Source: Octopus bimaculoides
Lineage: Eukaryota
Assembly (NCBI RefSeq): GCF_001194135.2
Contig: NC_068987.1
Location: forward strand, 13,917,747 to 13,981,746
Direction of reading: 5' to 3'
Length of the DNA stretch: 64,000 bases
Positions 37,384 through 45,960 of this stretch are shown piece by piece. A model generated the notes under the pieces. The model made no database searches. It saw only the letters and a list, made by a program, of their open reading frames with translations, and was not told the origin of the DNA. How positions within the stretch are numbered: position 1 is the stretch's first letter; each line of letters opens with the position of its first letter. The position numbers and the translations under genes were made by a program.

Positions 37384-39203
37384 GAATTAAGGTTGTAATG
37401 AAGACACAGAACTAGTAAGCTCAATTTGGTAAAAATTCTAATGCCAATGATATATGCACTATTTTCTAAGAATTTTGTTAAAATATTTTTTCTTATAAAT
37501 GTACTAAAATTAAATTTAATCAACTTCAGCACAGACGTAGTTGTGTGTTTACCTTGCATATTTCGTTGCTCTTAGGAAAAGAAATATCTGTATTGATATT
37601 TCTTACCAGTGCAGACCACCTAGGTATCGACATGTCATAACAATGATGGCAGAGGTTTAATGTTTGTAAAGGAAGACAACTCTATAGTGTAACTTTGCTT
37701 TTCATTTCAATAGGTTTTAAAATTTGTATGTCTCTTATAAGGCAGCTGACAGACCTGTGAGCTGACTGGGTAAAACTGTTAGCTGCATTTCATCTGTCTT
37801 TACGTTCCGAGTTCAAATTCTGCCCATATATATGGTTGATTTAAGGTGTGGTATGGAAGGGTGAAAAATATAGTTTTTTTGTGAGTGTTTGGTAACCTTG
37901 CTGGTATTGCTACCATAAAAAAACACTCAATACAGTCCATAAAGTAGTTGGCAATAAGAAGGGCATCCTGCTGTAGAAACCCTGCCAAAGTAGACATTGG
38001 AGCTCAACAACACAGTTGTCTGACCTGTTGGATCCTATCAAGCTACCCAACTCATGCCAGCATAGAATATGGGCGATGATAATGAGGATTACAAGTGAAG
38101 GTATCAACCATGTGAACCAAACAAAATGATTGACATAGTTAAATAAAGCATCACTGTTTTTGGTCATTTTACACTGTGATAGATTTTAATGGACCAATTT
38201 CTTTGGTGCAGTTTGTTCATCCTAGAAAAAGTATGCACAAATTATGAGTGGAATTCGTTTGTCAACCAAGTCAACTGAGACAATTAGAATTAATGTACCT
38301 TGCCTAGAAGAACAGGGTGAACATAAATGACATCTTCAGAAAGCTTTAAAAAAAAAAAAAAACCTACTGCATTTGATGGCATATAAGATGCACTCCCCTC
38401 TCTCCACGTCTCAAAAAAAATCACCCCGGGTCTTATATGTGATGTTGAGCCTGCCATAAGCTAATTTTCTAATTGACCTGAATGTATCTGGTCAGTTATG
38501 ATGATGATGGTTCCAGTTGATCCAATCAATGAAACAACCTACTCATGAAATAAACATGCAAGTGGTTTAGTGCTCCACAGACACACGTACTCTTAATGTT
38601 ATTCTCAGGAAGATTCAGCGTGACACAGGATGTGACAAGGCTGGTCCTTTGAAATACAAGTACATCTCATTTTTGCCATCTGAATGGAGCAATGTGAAAT
38701 AAAGTTTCTTGCTCAAGAACTCAATGCGCCACCAGATATCAAACTCACAACCTTACAATCCTGAGCCAAACACCTTAGCCACTAAGCCATGTGCCTGATT
38801 GACCTAATGAGTAATAAAACAATTGATTATTTATTTGGTTAACTAATTGACAAATAATAAAATAAAGAAGTTAAAAAAAACAGTGTTTCTGTTTATTAAT
38901 TGGTATAATGACAATCTGAAGATACAACAAAATAGTATTTATGTATTTTAAAAGCCTTCTGTTGTAATTTATCTTATGTCTTGCAATATTGGTTAATTTC
39001 AGTGCCAGTGTCTTATCAATGTCAGTGGCGATGCTGTCAGTGTGTTATATGGCTTGGAGCTGCCTTTCGAATTAGCCAACGTGGCCAGCGGCACGCTAAG
39101 TGTTAGTCGCGGCGACGTATCTCAAGCTCAACCCAGTGGCAGTGGTAACAACACCCTCTCTACAACCTCAAGACCCGTGTCAGATTCGCCTGTCATCTCA
39201 TGA
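12481..39203 (+). CDS. C2CD5: C2 domain-containing protein 5 (CDP138/KIAA0528) orthologue, 5'-partial; 21 coding exons in window, ~734 aa, YbjQ-like domains plus CxxC..CxxC motif
   Basis: Manual splicing gives a continuous frame with motifs I recognise from human C2CD5: EYPFFTMKTFPPAFIVHLGGVVSAKSVKLLDKIHNPDEPETRDAWW, CHIPY, VPDVLFTTI, LPFMEYELH, GMNGLFG, FFIRESTSVRE, VRAHVGALGGNA, QCLINVSGDAV. All introns are GT-AG and all phases match. Confidence 0.96.
12655..12742. repeat. (CT)n microsatellite. Other long SSRs: (ATT)n ~4028-4093, ~13679-13746, (AAT)n ~37312-37381, (TA)n ~8722, ~24735, ~60105, (CT)n ~29267
   Basis: Directly visible; these SSRs explain most low-complexity ORFs in the track. 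Confidence 0.95.
13078..13990 (+). mobile_element. Family-A SINE (interrupted by the nested SINE) followed by long (ATT)n and a second family-A copy
   Basis: Same diagnostic blocks; (ATT)n at about 13679-13746. Confidence 0.82.
13158..13542 (+). mobile_element. Full-length tRNA-derived SINE nested in a family-A SINE
   Basis: A box TGGCCCAGTGG, B box GTTTCGATTCC; exact 13-bp TSD atgttcttagttc at 13145-13157 and 13543-13555; the host SINE resumes after it. Confidence 0.9.
15682..15765 (+). CDS. Candidate 84-nt cassette exon (INQSRIRSLNSKSRNLEEDALLYDFSFL), phase 0-0
   Basis: attattcctag / gtaact; open and in frame between exons ending at 12602 and starting at 16499. Confidence 0.35.
16499..16607 (+). 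CDS. C2CD5: C2CD5 exon (EYPFFTMKTFPPAFIVHLGGVVSAKSVKLLDKIHNP), phase 0-1
   Basis: tgttatag / gtaagt; near-identical to the human segment. Confidence 0.97.
17781..17895 (+). CDS. C2CD5: C2CD5 exon (DEPETRDAWWIEIRTEIRSHCRSMGCHAVIGYSEMSSIC), phase 1-2
   Basis: ccactttcag / gtgagc; strong homology. Confidence 0.97.
18349..18719 (+). mobile_element. Composite retroposon: tRNA-like head (18461-18533) + (AAT)n + Penelope-type pLTR-like tail, preceded by an inverted copy of the tail
   Basis: A box TGGTGTAGTGG, B box GTTCGATTCC; 18349-18459 is the reverse complement of 18608-18719 with a few differences; CTGATGA..GAAAC signature. Confidence 0.8.
18396..18441 (-). ncRNA. Minimal type-I hammerhead ribozyme motif
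   Basis: Minus strand reads GACAC-CUGAUGA-A-GGCUGG agggUAUA UCAGCC-GAAA-CG-U-U-GUGUU: stem I GACAC/GUGUU, intact core, stem II, loopless palindromic stem III (ACGU), GUU cleavage triplet. Confidence 0.8.
19200..19385 (+). CDS. C2CD5: C2CD5 exon (DEVIILSAIGTAAVIS...ANQMSQNR), phase 2-2
   Basis: Polypyrimidine tract plus cgtttcag / gtaagg; ILSAxGTA motif. Confidence 0.95.
19895..19999 (+). CDS. C2CD5: C2CD5 exon (IEEGYTPANCVLCHIPYKTASMPFKVTLDTCTVC), phase 2-2
   Basis: ctttccag / gtaagt; CxxCHIPY...CxxC motif. Confidence 0.95.
20980..20994 (+). CDS. Candidate 15-nt microexon (Q-SSRR-S), phase 2-2
   Basis: tactttctttttatcccag acceptor, CAG/gtggct donor (weak); CpG-containing; in frame between flanking phase-2 exons. 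Confidence 0.35.
21143..21363. mobile_element. piggyBac-like MITE family 1
   Basis: TTAA|CCCTTTAG ... CTAAAGGG|TTAA. Further copies at 10381-10594, 26924-27143, 34646-34827 and a partial copy near 42025. Confidence 0.8.
22112..22201 (+). CDS. C2CD5: C2CD5 exon (KHPVPDVLFTTINPPEEIQTIGKGTLIQAR), phase 2-2
   Basis: ttttgcag / gtaagg; VPDVLFTTI and GKG.LIQAR homology. Confidence 0.97.
22713..22944 (+). mobile_element. Young family-A SINE
   Basis: Near-identical to the 50239 copy; 12-bp TSD-like ataattataaat at 22696-22707 and 22945-22956. Confidence 0.88.
23000..23057 (+). CDS. C2CD5: C2CD5 exon (IYRAKKEGKGEACAKEISD), phase 2-0
   Basis: ctattgcag / gtaagc; phase and homology fit. Confidence 0.93.
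23630..23683 (+). CDS. C2CD5: C2CD5 exon (CLPFMEYELHNQLINKLK), phase 0-0
   Basis: gttgatag / gtgagt; LPFMEYE motif. Confidence 0.96.
23818..24435 (+). mobile_element. Head-to-tail array of three family-A SINEs
   Basis: Copies at about 23818, 24020 and 24207, each following a (ATT/AGT)n tail. Confidence 0.85.
24839..24913 (+). CDS. C2CD5: C2CD5 exon (MRGMNGLFGLVVHITVGETMLAGIA), phase 0-0
   Basis: catttcag / gtgagt; GMN.LFGL...ITVGE motif. Confidence 0.96.
26155..26217 (+). CDS. C2CD5: C2CD5 exon (TATAAYLNALPAPSVPRISGQ), phase 0-0
   Basis: attttcag / gtaata; homologous to SATGVYLAALPTP. Confidence 0.93.
27235..27490 (+). mobile_element. Family-D tRNA SINE with ctgcgatggactggcgtcccatccag block and TTTACC tail, inserted into a family-B copy
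   Basis: A/B boxes, tail aaggtaactttacctttac; family-B sequence on both sides. Confidence 0.7.
27876..27974 (+). CDS. C2CD5: C2CD5 exon (VMTASDNNDLEKLQQRLTTTVQNLKEQYEIFVP), phase 0-0
   Basis: tttttag / gtaagt; open frame, positional homology to HMQKKINDTIAKNKELYEINP. Confidence 0.9.
28228..28600 (-). mobile_element. RTE-clade LINE 3' fragment
   Basis: Minus-strand translation gives QALTWN..RGHPRNSWRQDTEVEMKKQGFNWRETEKIA..W..IIDGLC, the typical RTE C-terminus. Boundaries approximate. Confidence 0.75.
29560..29676 (+). CDS. C2CD5: C2CD5 exon (EVAPGQSS...SDLELSFGNKDTFVLE), phase 0-0
   Basis: ttattccag / gtaagt; L.LS.G.KD.FVLE motif. Confidence 0.94.
31144..31266 (+). CDS. C2CD5: C2CD5 exon (VDDAKDETVSLILDDFTAPEGFEICNTEVLPGVTNIVCNLQ), phase 0-0
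   Basis: cttcttcag / gtaagt; GF..CNTE..PG motif. Confidence 0.96.
31407..31493 (+). CDS. C2CD5: C2CD5 exon (MFTHVWRGKCQKVPMTVKDFSDLFNHLIR), phase 0-0
   Basis: cctcttcag / gtaagt; MFT.V motif. Confidence 0.94.
31690..32060 (-). mobile_element. Degenerate RTE-clade LINE RT fragment
   Basis: Minus-strand frames give NNFCHLGNIIS..FRELLLLL..LS.QVKER.YGAC, resembling RTE FCYLG..FRELLPLL..KGRLY.AC. Boundaries approximate. Confidence 0.6.
32190..32252 (+). repeat. Perfect 30-bp tandem duplication
   Basis: tctagattctgtttccatgactggaactgt x2. Confidence 0.95.
32342..32431 (+). CDS. C2CD5: C2CD5 exon (KICFKLRKMAPCCLSCLDFNLELADEDEVQ), phase 0-0
   Basis: ttttatag / gtatag; FKLR.M.PCCL motif. Confidence 0.95.
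32535..32820 (+). mobile_element. Young family-C SINE fragment with ggacgttaaacgatgatgatg tail
   Basis: ttaggaagggcatccagctgtagaaa block and (GAT)n tail. Other copies at about 14090, 14420, 20420, 21780, 23160, 25650, 37880, 42230, 43093 and 62490. Confidence 0.82.
34202..34277 (+). CDS. C2CD5: C2CD5 exon (ITLTGMCTGLGEVQPQASKNLVYKT), phase 0-1
   Basis: tactggcag / gtaagt; positional homology to VTVTAVAITF. Confidence 0.88.
34906..35028 (+). CDS. C2CD5: C2CD5 exon (NGSNLLLSVPSNSSCDQDHDLMFQMEEVQESPVTSKTSQQ), phase 1-1
   Basis: ttttccag / gtaaga; open frame, L.F..E motif. Confidence 0.88.
35480..35520 (+). CDS. C2CD5: C2CD5 small exon (QKTGKTENGLKFH), phase 1-0
   Basis: ccctttcag / gtaagt; needed to convert phase 1 to phase 0. 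Confidence 0.85.
36488..36613 (+). CDS. C2CD5: C2CD5 exon (TLPRHRLGVELIPMSYVPGGKIDHYLGSYNFFFIRESTSVRE), phase 0-0
   Basis: ctctacgcag / gtaagt; YLG..N.FFIRE.TS.RE motif. Confidence 0.97.
37073..37219 (+). CDS. C2CD5: C2CD5 exon (MGGACGFMQSFVSEVKAIVRAHVGALGGNAMVAYKMNECILLNNPHKNQ), phase 0-0
   Basis: attttcag / gtattt; strong homology. Confidence 0.97.
39003..39203 (+). CDS. C2CD5: C2CD5 last coding exon (CQCLINVSGDAVSVLY...SDSPVIS*)
   Basis: taatttcag acceptor; QCLINVSGDAV motif; TGA at 39201-39203. Confidence 0.96.
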   Translation, partial: CQCLINVSGDAVSVLYGLELPFELANVASGTLSVSRGDVSQAQPSGSGNNTLSTTSRPVSDSPVIS

Positions 39204-39978
39204 CACACAGGAAAATGCTAAGATTATAACTAACACACACACACACACAAGAAAAAGGAAAAAAAAAAAAGACTAAGAAAATTAACAAAATCATACGATG
39301 AAATCACCAGTCTAGCCTTGATAAGCATATATATGCGTATGTATGTGTAATGTATATATATATATATGTATACACACACATGCACATATATATATATATA
39401 TATATCCATACATACATACCTAACTCAAAGTTGCATCATATTGGAGTCAACAATTGCAGCTGCATCTTACAAGCTGCTGTTTTACTTCATTTTTTTTTTT
39501 TGTGAAGATTTACCTTTTTTTTAACCTGCTTTTTTTTTCTCCTCATTGTGAAAATGGATAATTATGTTTCACTAAATTTTTTTTATTGAAATTTCATTTC
39601 CTTTGTGTTTTGTTTTATTTTAGTTTTTGTTTGTTTTAATTTTTTTTGTTTGCTTTATTTTATTTTGGTTTTTAGAAAGAAAACTTTATTTTTATTTATT
39701 ATTATTATTATTAATTTAATTTAATTTTTTTCATTTTGTTCAGTTTGAAGTTAGATTTTTGTCCTCATATCTAAAACACCATAAAGTTGCTCTTTTCTGT
39801 CTACTTACCCCTGCAAATGATGTTTACACTGGTTCAACTCCCATTTCCATCTGCTGTGTGTAATATCATAGTAGTTTGTGCTTGTCTCACCATGTTCTGG
39901 GTTCAAACCCAGCTTGGCTCCCTTTTGTCTTTTATTCCCCAGAGAGTCAAAACAAGTACTACTCTTGATCTAAGAGTA

Positions 39979-40023
39979 GTATATACTCCACTCGTATATA
40001 CTCCACTCGTATATACTCCACTC
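39979..40023 (+). repeat. 15-bp tandem triplication
   Basis: gtatatactccactc x3. Confidence 0.95.
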
Positions 40024-41329
40024 CCTTCATTTTCTAATGTAGGAAATACTTAGCGACATTATTAATGCGATGGTGGTGGTGGTGATGATGGTGATGGTAG
40101 TGATGGTGGTGGGGGAAGATCTTTAACGAACCAAATCTATAATCAGTTCTTTAATCCCTATTAGACCCCTCCCCTTCATTTACATCTTTAATATCTTTAA
40201 AAGTATTAACAGAACAACTTCATCTTTCTTTATGTTACTGTATGTTTATGTTGTTGTTATTGTTGCTATTGGCATCATCATCATCATCATTGATGCTGTT
40301 GATGTTGTTATTGATGTTATCACTGTGTTGGTGACTTATGGGCAGTGGACGGGCAGAACCACGAGAGTGTCGGACAAAATGCTTCGTCTCTTTGGGTTCT
40401 GAGTTCATATTTCACCAAGGTCAGCTTTACCTTTCATCCTTCCAGGGGTTGACAAAATATAAACTGAGGTTGATTTAAATTGACTGTACCCTTCCCCTAA
40501 AATTGTGGCCCTTGTGCCAATCTTAGAATTTGTTATAAACATTTCTGTTTCCTCAGTTTTCCTCTGGTGTTTACAGATAAGCATCACTTAACAGATTTTG
40601 TGTCCCCTCCCTGCTATTTTCTGATAACACTAACTGGCTTAATGGCAACAATAATTCATACATTGATGATCAGAAAGATCTGAAATGCTTGCATTCAACA
40701 GTCTGGTTAGGGGACATTGCAAACTGGCTTGGTGTGTTTACACCTTTCTGTCTACAGTGAGAAATTTTCTCCATGACAAAATACAGCAAATGGATTTCTT
40801 GTGGGTTTGAATATCCCGCAAGCATATTTGAACTGGTAACAAGTTTGTACCTTGGTTGTGGTTGGCTGCTGGTTCTGACAGATGGCAGTGTCAATCATGG
40901 ATGTTTTCTTTTAGTTTTTTTTTTGTTTCATTTCATTGTTTTCATCAATGTCATTATCCCTTTTGTTACCATATAGTAGAAGACACTTAGGAAAGTGTCT
41001 TCTACTATAGCTCTGGGCTGACTGGAACCCTAATGAGTGGATTTGGTAGACAGAAACTGAAACAGGCTTAGGTTCACATGTGATTATGTGGTTTAGAAAC
41101 TTGCTTCCTAACCATGTGGTCTCGGGTTCAGTCCCAATTTGTGGTACCTTGGGCAAGAGTCTTCTGCTATAACCCTGGGCAAGTGTCTTCTACTATAACT
41201 CTGGGCCAACCAAAACCTTGTGAATTGATTTGTTAGATGGCAACTGAAAAAAGCCTATTGTATGTATATGTGTGTGTGTATACACATACATAGGCTTTTT
41301 CAGTTGCTATTTAACGAATATAATCACAA

Positions 41330-41371
<42 letters not shown>

Positions 41372-41428
41372 ACTGATCCATTATAGAAAATTCAACAAAG
41401 AAAGTACTCCATCTGGTGAGAGATAAAT

Positions 41429-41522
41429 ATTTATTTAAAGGTCACAATGCATGTATTAAAGCGCTACTAATAGTTTCATATTAGTAGCATTTTAATACAT
41501 GAATTGCGACCTTTAAATAAAT
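41429..41522. other. 94-nt fold-back (44-bp arms, 4 mismatches, 6-nt loop) containing ATTAAA (41455) and AATAAA (41516)
   Basis: Arms compared base by base; first canonical AATAAA I found after the C2CD5 stop codon. Confidence 0.85.
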
Positions 41523-44500
41523 AATATATGTGTGTGTGTTTGTGCACCTTTGTCTTGACATCATATGATTGTTTGTAAATGAGCATCACTGTTTTACAAG
41601 CGATGTTGTTTGTTTCTAATTTTCCATGTAAAACATGTCTTGCCATGGGGAAATATTACCTTGCTTGGAAACAAGTAAGGGTTAGGGACAGAAAGGGCAT
41701 CTGGCCCTAGAAAATTTGCCCTCAACCAATTCTTTCTTACTCTTATCAGCACAAAAGAGGTGAATGTTAAATTGAAGATGATGATGATGACTTCTGTTGG
41801 AATATGCTGTCTGTTTCAGTTAATTGAAAAAAAAAGAAACAATGAAGAATTTAATGAAATAACTTATGGCAGTTATTAAACTGATGTTTGGAACATAAAT
41901 TAACATGTAATTATTTCAAGTTTTAATTTAGATCAGTTACTCTAAAACAGAAAGTTTGTGTCATAGAATTAGGGGTGATCTTGGATTGGTCAAAATGGTT
42001 AATAACTAACGTTATAATGATGATATTAGCATTCAGATTACTTGGTCAAATGCAATGTTTAATTATTCACTTCGCTTTGAATTAATCATGCATTATCTTT
42101 TGGCTTTAAGATTTCAATGATGTGATTGTTTATTTTTAGAATGACATTGTTGGTTAGGTGTGAGAGGCCAAATGTGGTCAGTTTAAACATACAATAGATA
42201 GAATATTCTCTGCTCAGTTGACATCTCCAGGACTGTTGCCATGAGAAAAAGCACCCAGTGCACTTTGTAAAGTGGTTTGTGTTGGAAGGACATCCAGACA
42301 TTGAAACCATGTTAAAGCAGATATTGGAACTTGGCACAGCCCTTTGGCTCTTTGCTTCCATTTGAACTGTTCAACTCATACCAGCATGGAAAGAGGCACA
42401 GTAAATGATAACAATATCATTGTATTAGTTTTTCCTCCTCCCTCCCCTCCCACTTCTCTCTACCGATGCACATCAGTCGTTAGCTATTCTGGATATGAAA
42501 GAGTCAACGTTATGTTGTTGTTACTGCTGCAACCAAAAATGCTACACATGCCATGTAGGAGTAGAAAGTTGTGGGTGAAGAGGAATTCCTTCTCTCTTTG
42601 TAATAATATTTGCAACAGATTTTCAGAAGGTTTTGAAAATTGACTGGCAAAAGTACTTTCAGAGGATTAGAATAGATATTTACTGAAGTGGTTATGTCTC
42701 CTTGCTTCTATTTGGAAATATATTCTATATGTAGGGCAGGGATAGATTTAATCCTTTGCTCAGTTTAACACCATCACCTGTCCCTTGGCTTTCTTTTGTC
42801 ATGTATCCTCCATTGCAGGCATTCAGGAACAGTTCTCCAGAATTAGTAGAAGCCTTGAATGGTGATTTCTTCTTCCCTTTCTCCTACTCTTGGAAGTCCT
42901 GCATAAAAATCATGGGTGCTACCCTTCATTCTGATTAAGTCATTAAAACAATGTGTGTGTGTGTCTTTTGATTGCAAGTTTAAATTTTCTTTGGGAGTGT
43001 GTAGGTTCAACATGAATTATTCACAATAGTTTATCACATTGTAATTTATAACTTGTGTGTTTGTGTGTGTTCACATCACTTTATTGTTTATTACGTCGTC
43101 GTCGTTTAACGTCCGCCTTCCATGCTAGCATGGGTTGGACGATTTGACTGAGGACTGGTGAAACCAGATGGCTACACCAGGCTCCAATCTGATTTGGCAG
43201 AGTTTCTACAGTTGGATGCCCAAGTGTGAAATTCCATTGTGGAGTATAGTAAAAAAAAATTGTTGAAACTCTTCAACAAATGCAAAAATCCATACACGAG
43301 GCATAAAGGCCATGAGATGACTCTGTGACAGATGGAAGGAGAGACAAAACTCACAACAATTCAGTTTTTCTCTGTGACATTCTCTGTGGTCACAGTAACC
43401 TGTACATGTCATAAAGACGATGATATTGTATATGACCCTCTATCTTTATTTTCTTTTGCCTTGAGCCTGTGGGTTTATTAGGGGCCCAGAGCTTATCTAG
43501 ATTTTCATGGTGTTTAGGTTGGGAATGCAAGACTCTTGCTTCCACCTCCATCCTGAACAAGGCACCAATTTGTCACAGGGTTGACCTCCAAATACTACTG
43601 GTACTCATTTTTAGCCGAGTGTACTCGAGCAATAGGAAAGTGTTTTGTTCAGAGACACAACTAACCACTTGATCTGCGGATCAAACCAACAAACTAAGGT
43701 CAATAATGGTTGTGAGCTCAGCACCCTAAACTGTAAATCCCTACTAAAATATGTATATACATTGAAAGAAGCACAAAACTTACTGTTCATAATCATGTAA
43801 TCATGTGTATAAATAATTGACAAAACTGTATATACTTGTGTCAAAGTTAAATTTTTAGACTTTTTTAAAGCTAAATTTCAGGGGTTGATTATTATATGGA
43901 AACTAACTTTTGAGGTGCTGAAATTCCAGGTTCAATCCCAAATATTGCACCAGCAGGCAGAACTACAAATGATTCCTTAAATGAATAAAGGTAAAAGAAC
44001 TAAAGCAATAAACTATAGTGAATAAAAGTAGGAAATTCATGGGCCTAGCTTCTATACCGATTAATGTTGCAGTGTAGTTATATGACACTAATTGCACTAC
44101 TTCGATAATGAACTTGAGAAATCTGTAACATAGTATTTATATGAATTGCATGTGAAAATATATAATAATGTCGAGGGGGTGGAATTCATTCCCTTCCTGC
44201 AGCATTTATACACAGGATAATCCCTCAGTTAGCTAATATTGTTTAGTTACCTGCGCTTGGCTATCACAAGAGTTACATAGAAAATTCCAAATTTTTAAAG
44301 CTCCTACCAAAAAGGGAGTTGGCATTTTCAAGCATTATAGGGTACTTGGATATATGTTTTCCTTTCTATTTGTAATTAATTCTTTGAAATCTTTCATGTC
44401 AGTTTTATAACATTCCATTCCTCTTGCTAGATTTGTCTTTCATCCTACTTGAATTGATAACTTATACACTAAGACAAGAATAGTGGACTGTACCAGAATT

Positions 44501-45559
44501 GAAGTTTTTTGACTAATCAAAGGAAATCACTAATTATTAGCCCTGTTGTGTTGTGACAATCTGAGTTTCTGAATCATATTTGTTCCACATTTATGTGGTA
44601 ATAACATCTGTTAATTTCCTTTCCTTTAACCTCATTTAGTCCCTGCAGGTAGCTATATACTCAGGCCTTCTTCTCATCTCACTATGTACTATCTCCACTC
44701 ATATCTTGTCATCTTCACTGTCCCACGTACAAGACTCTGCACTAAAACACTTCACTTAGTCCTTCCTTCACTGGACTGCAAACTCAGGAATTAGCTCATC
44801 AGTTGTAATTTTCCTTGCAGTATCAACTTACAAATGTTGAAGCTGAATATCAGCCACATGGACATTAATAGTTCAAAAGAGTCTGCAAAGGTTCAGGCCA
44901 TTGCCCCTACTCCTCAAGTCAACTTTATAAAAATTTAAAAATAGAAGTGAATGAAATCTGTCATAAAAAAAGGAAGCAAAAGGAAATGGAAGCTGTTTCC
45001 ATATCTGGAGAACACAAGACTAAATACTTTACCATTTCTTTCATATCTGGCATGCCACTATTCTGATTTTGAACCCCACCAAAATCAACTTGGCACTTCT
45101 TCCTAATAGAATCAATAAAATAGATATCAGTAAGGTATAGAGGAAATGTGGACATAGGGTTCACTTGAATCAGCCCTAATCCTACAAAATAAGGAGCTCA
45201 TCAAAAGAAATATCAATTAAAACAGATATGCTTGTATATTTAATATTGTATGTTCCATCAGTAAAGTAGCATTTAACATGTCATTAATGTTTAAATGATG
45301 TCTCATTTCTGGGACACACCAGGTCTATATTTCACTAAACACATTGTTGTTTAACCCTAGGTTAACTGGACATATGATCAAAAGGGTACTAACCATGACC
45401 ATCCTTTTAGAGTGTATCGTGGATAGAGATGGGAAGTTGGGTGTGTATAGTATTGGGTTTTGCTTTCATAGGACATGAAATGCAGATTCAACATTGGCAT
45501 TTTGCAAGGTTTCTAAGCAGATGGTTATATTCTCTGTTGTCTCATATTACCTACCTATT

Positions 45560-45960
45560 GACACAAGGCCAGATCATCTGATAATGTTATTGGAAATAAA
45601 CTAAAAATCTGTATATGTTACTTTTTTATTAAAACAAGATATCAGATCATCTAGCAGTGCTACAAGTTATCAAGATCGCTTACATATCGAGACTAGGTGT
45701 CAAATCATCTGGTAGTGTAACTGGAAATAAATTACAAACCTCATTGTGTCACCTATGAATTGAGGCAGGGTATCAAATCTTCTGTCAGTACTACTGGAGA
45801 TAAACTAGTAATGTTGATCACCTGATTATTGAGACTAGGTATCAGCTCATCTGGAAGTGTTATTGGAAAGAAACTAGAACCATCTCTCTGTCATCTGCCT
45901 ATAGAGACTACACATTAGATCATTTGGCAGTGTTACTGGAAATTACCTTGTCAGCTATCG
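45560..45960 (+). repeat. Degenerate ~70-bp minisatellite, 6 units
   Basis: agatcatctg-like motif at 45571, 45644, 45702, 45775, 45844 and 45917. Confidence 0.75.

Noticed and set aside
40773-40976. ORF MTKYSKW...GCGWLLVL as a separate gene
   Set aside because: No recognisable homology, no exon chain; it lies in the probable 3' UTR or downstream region.
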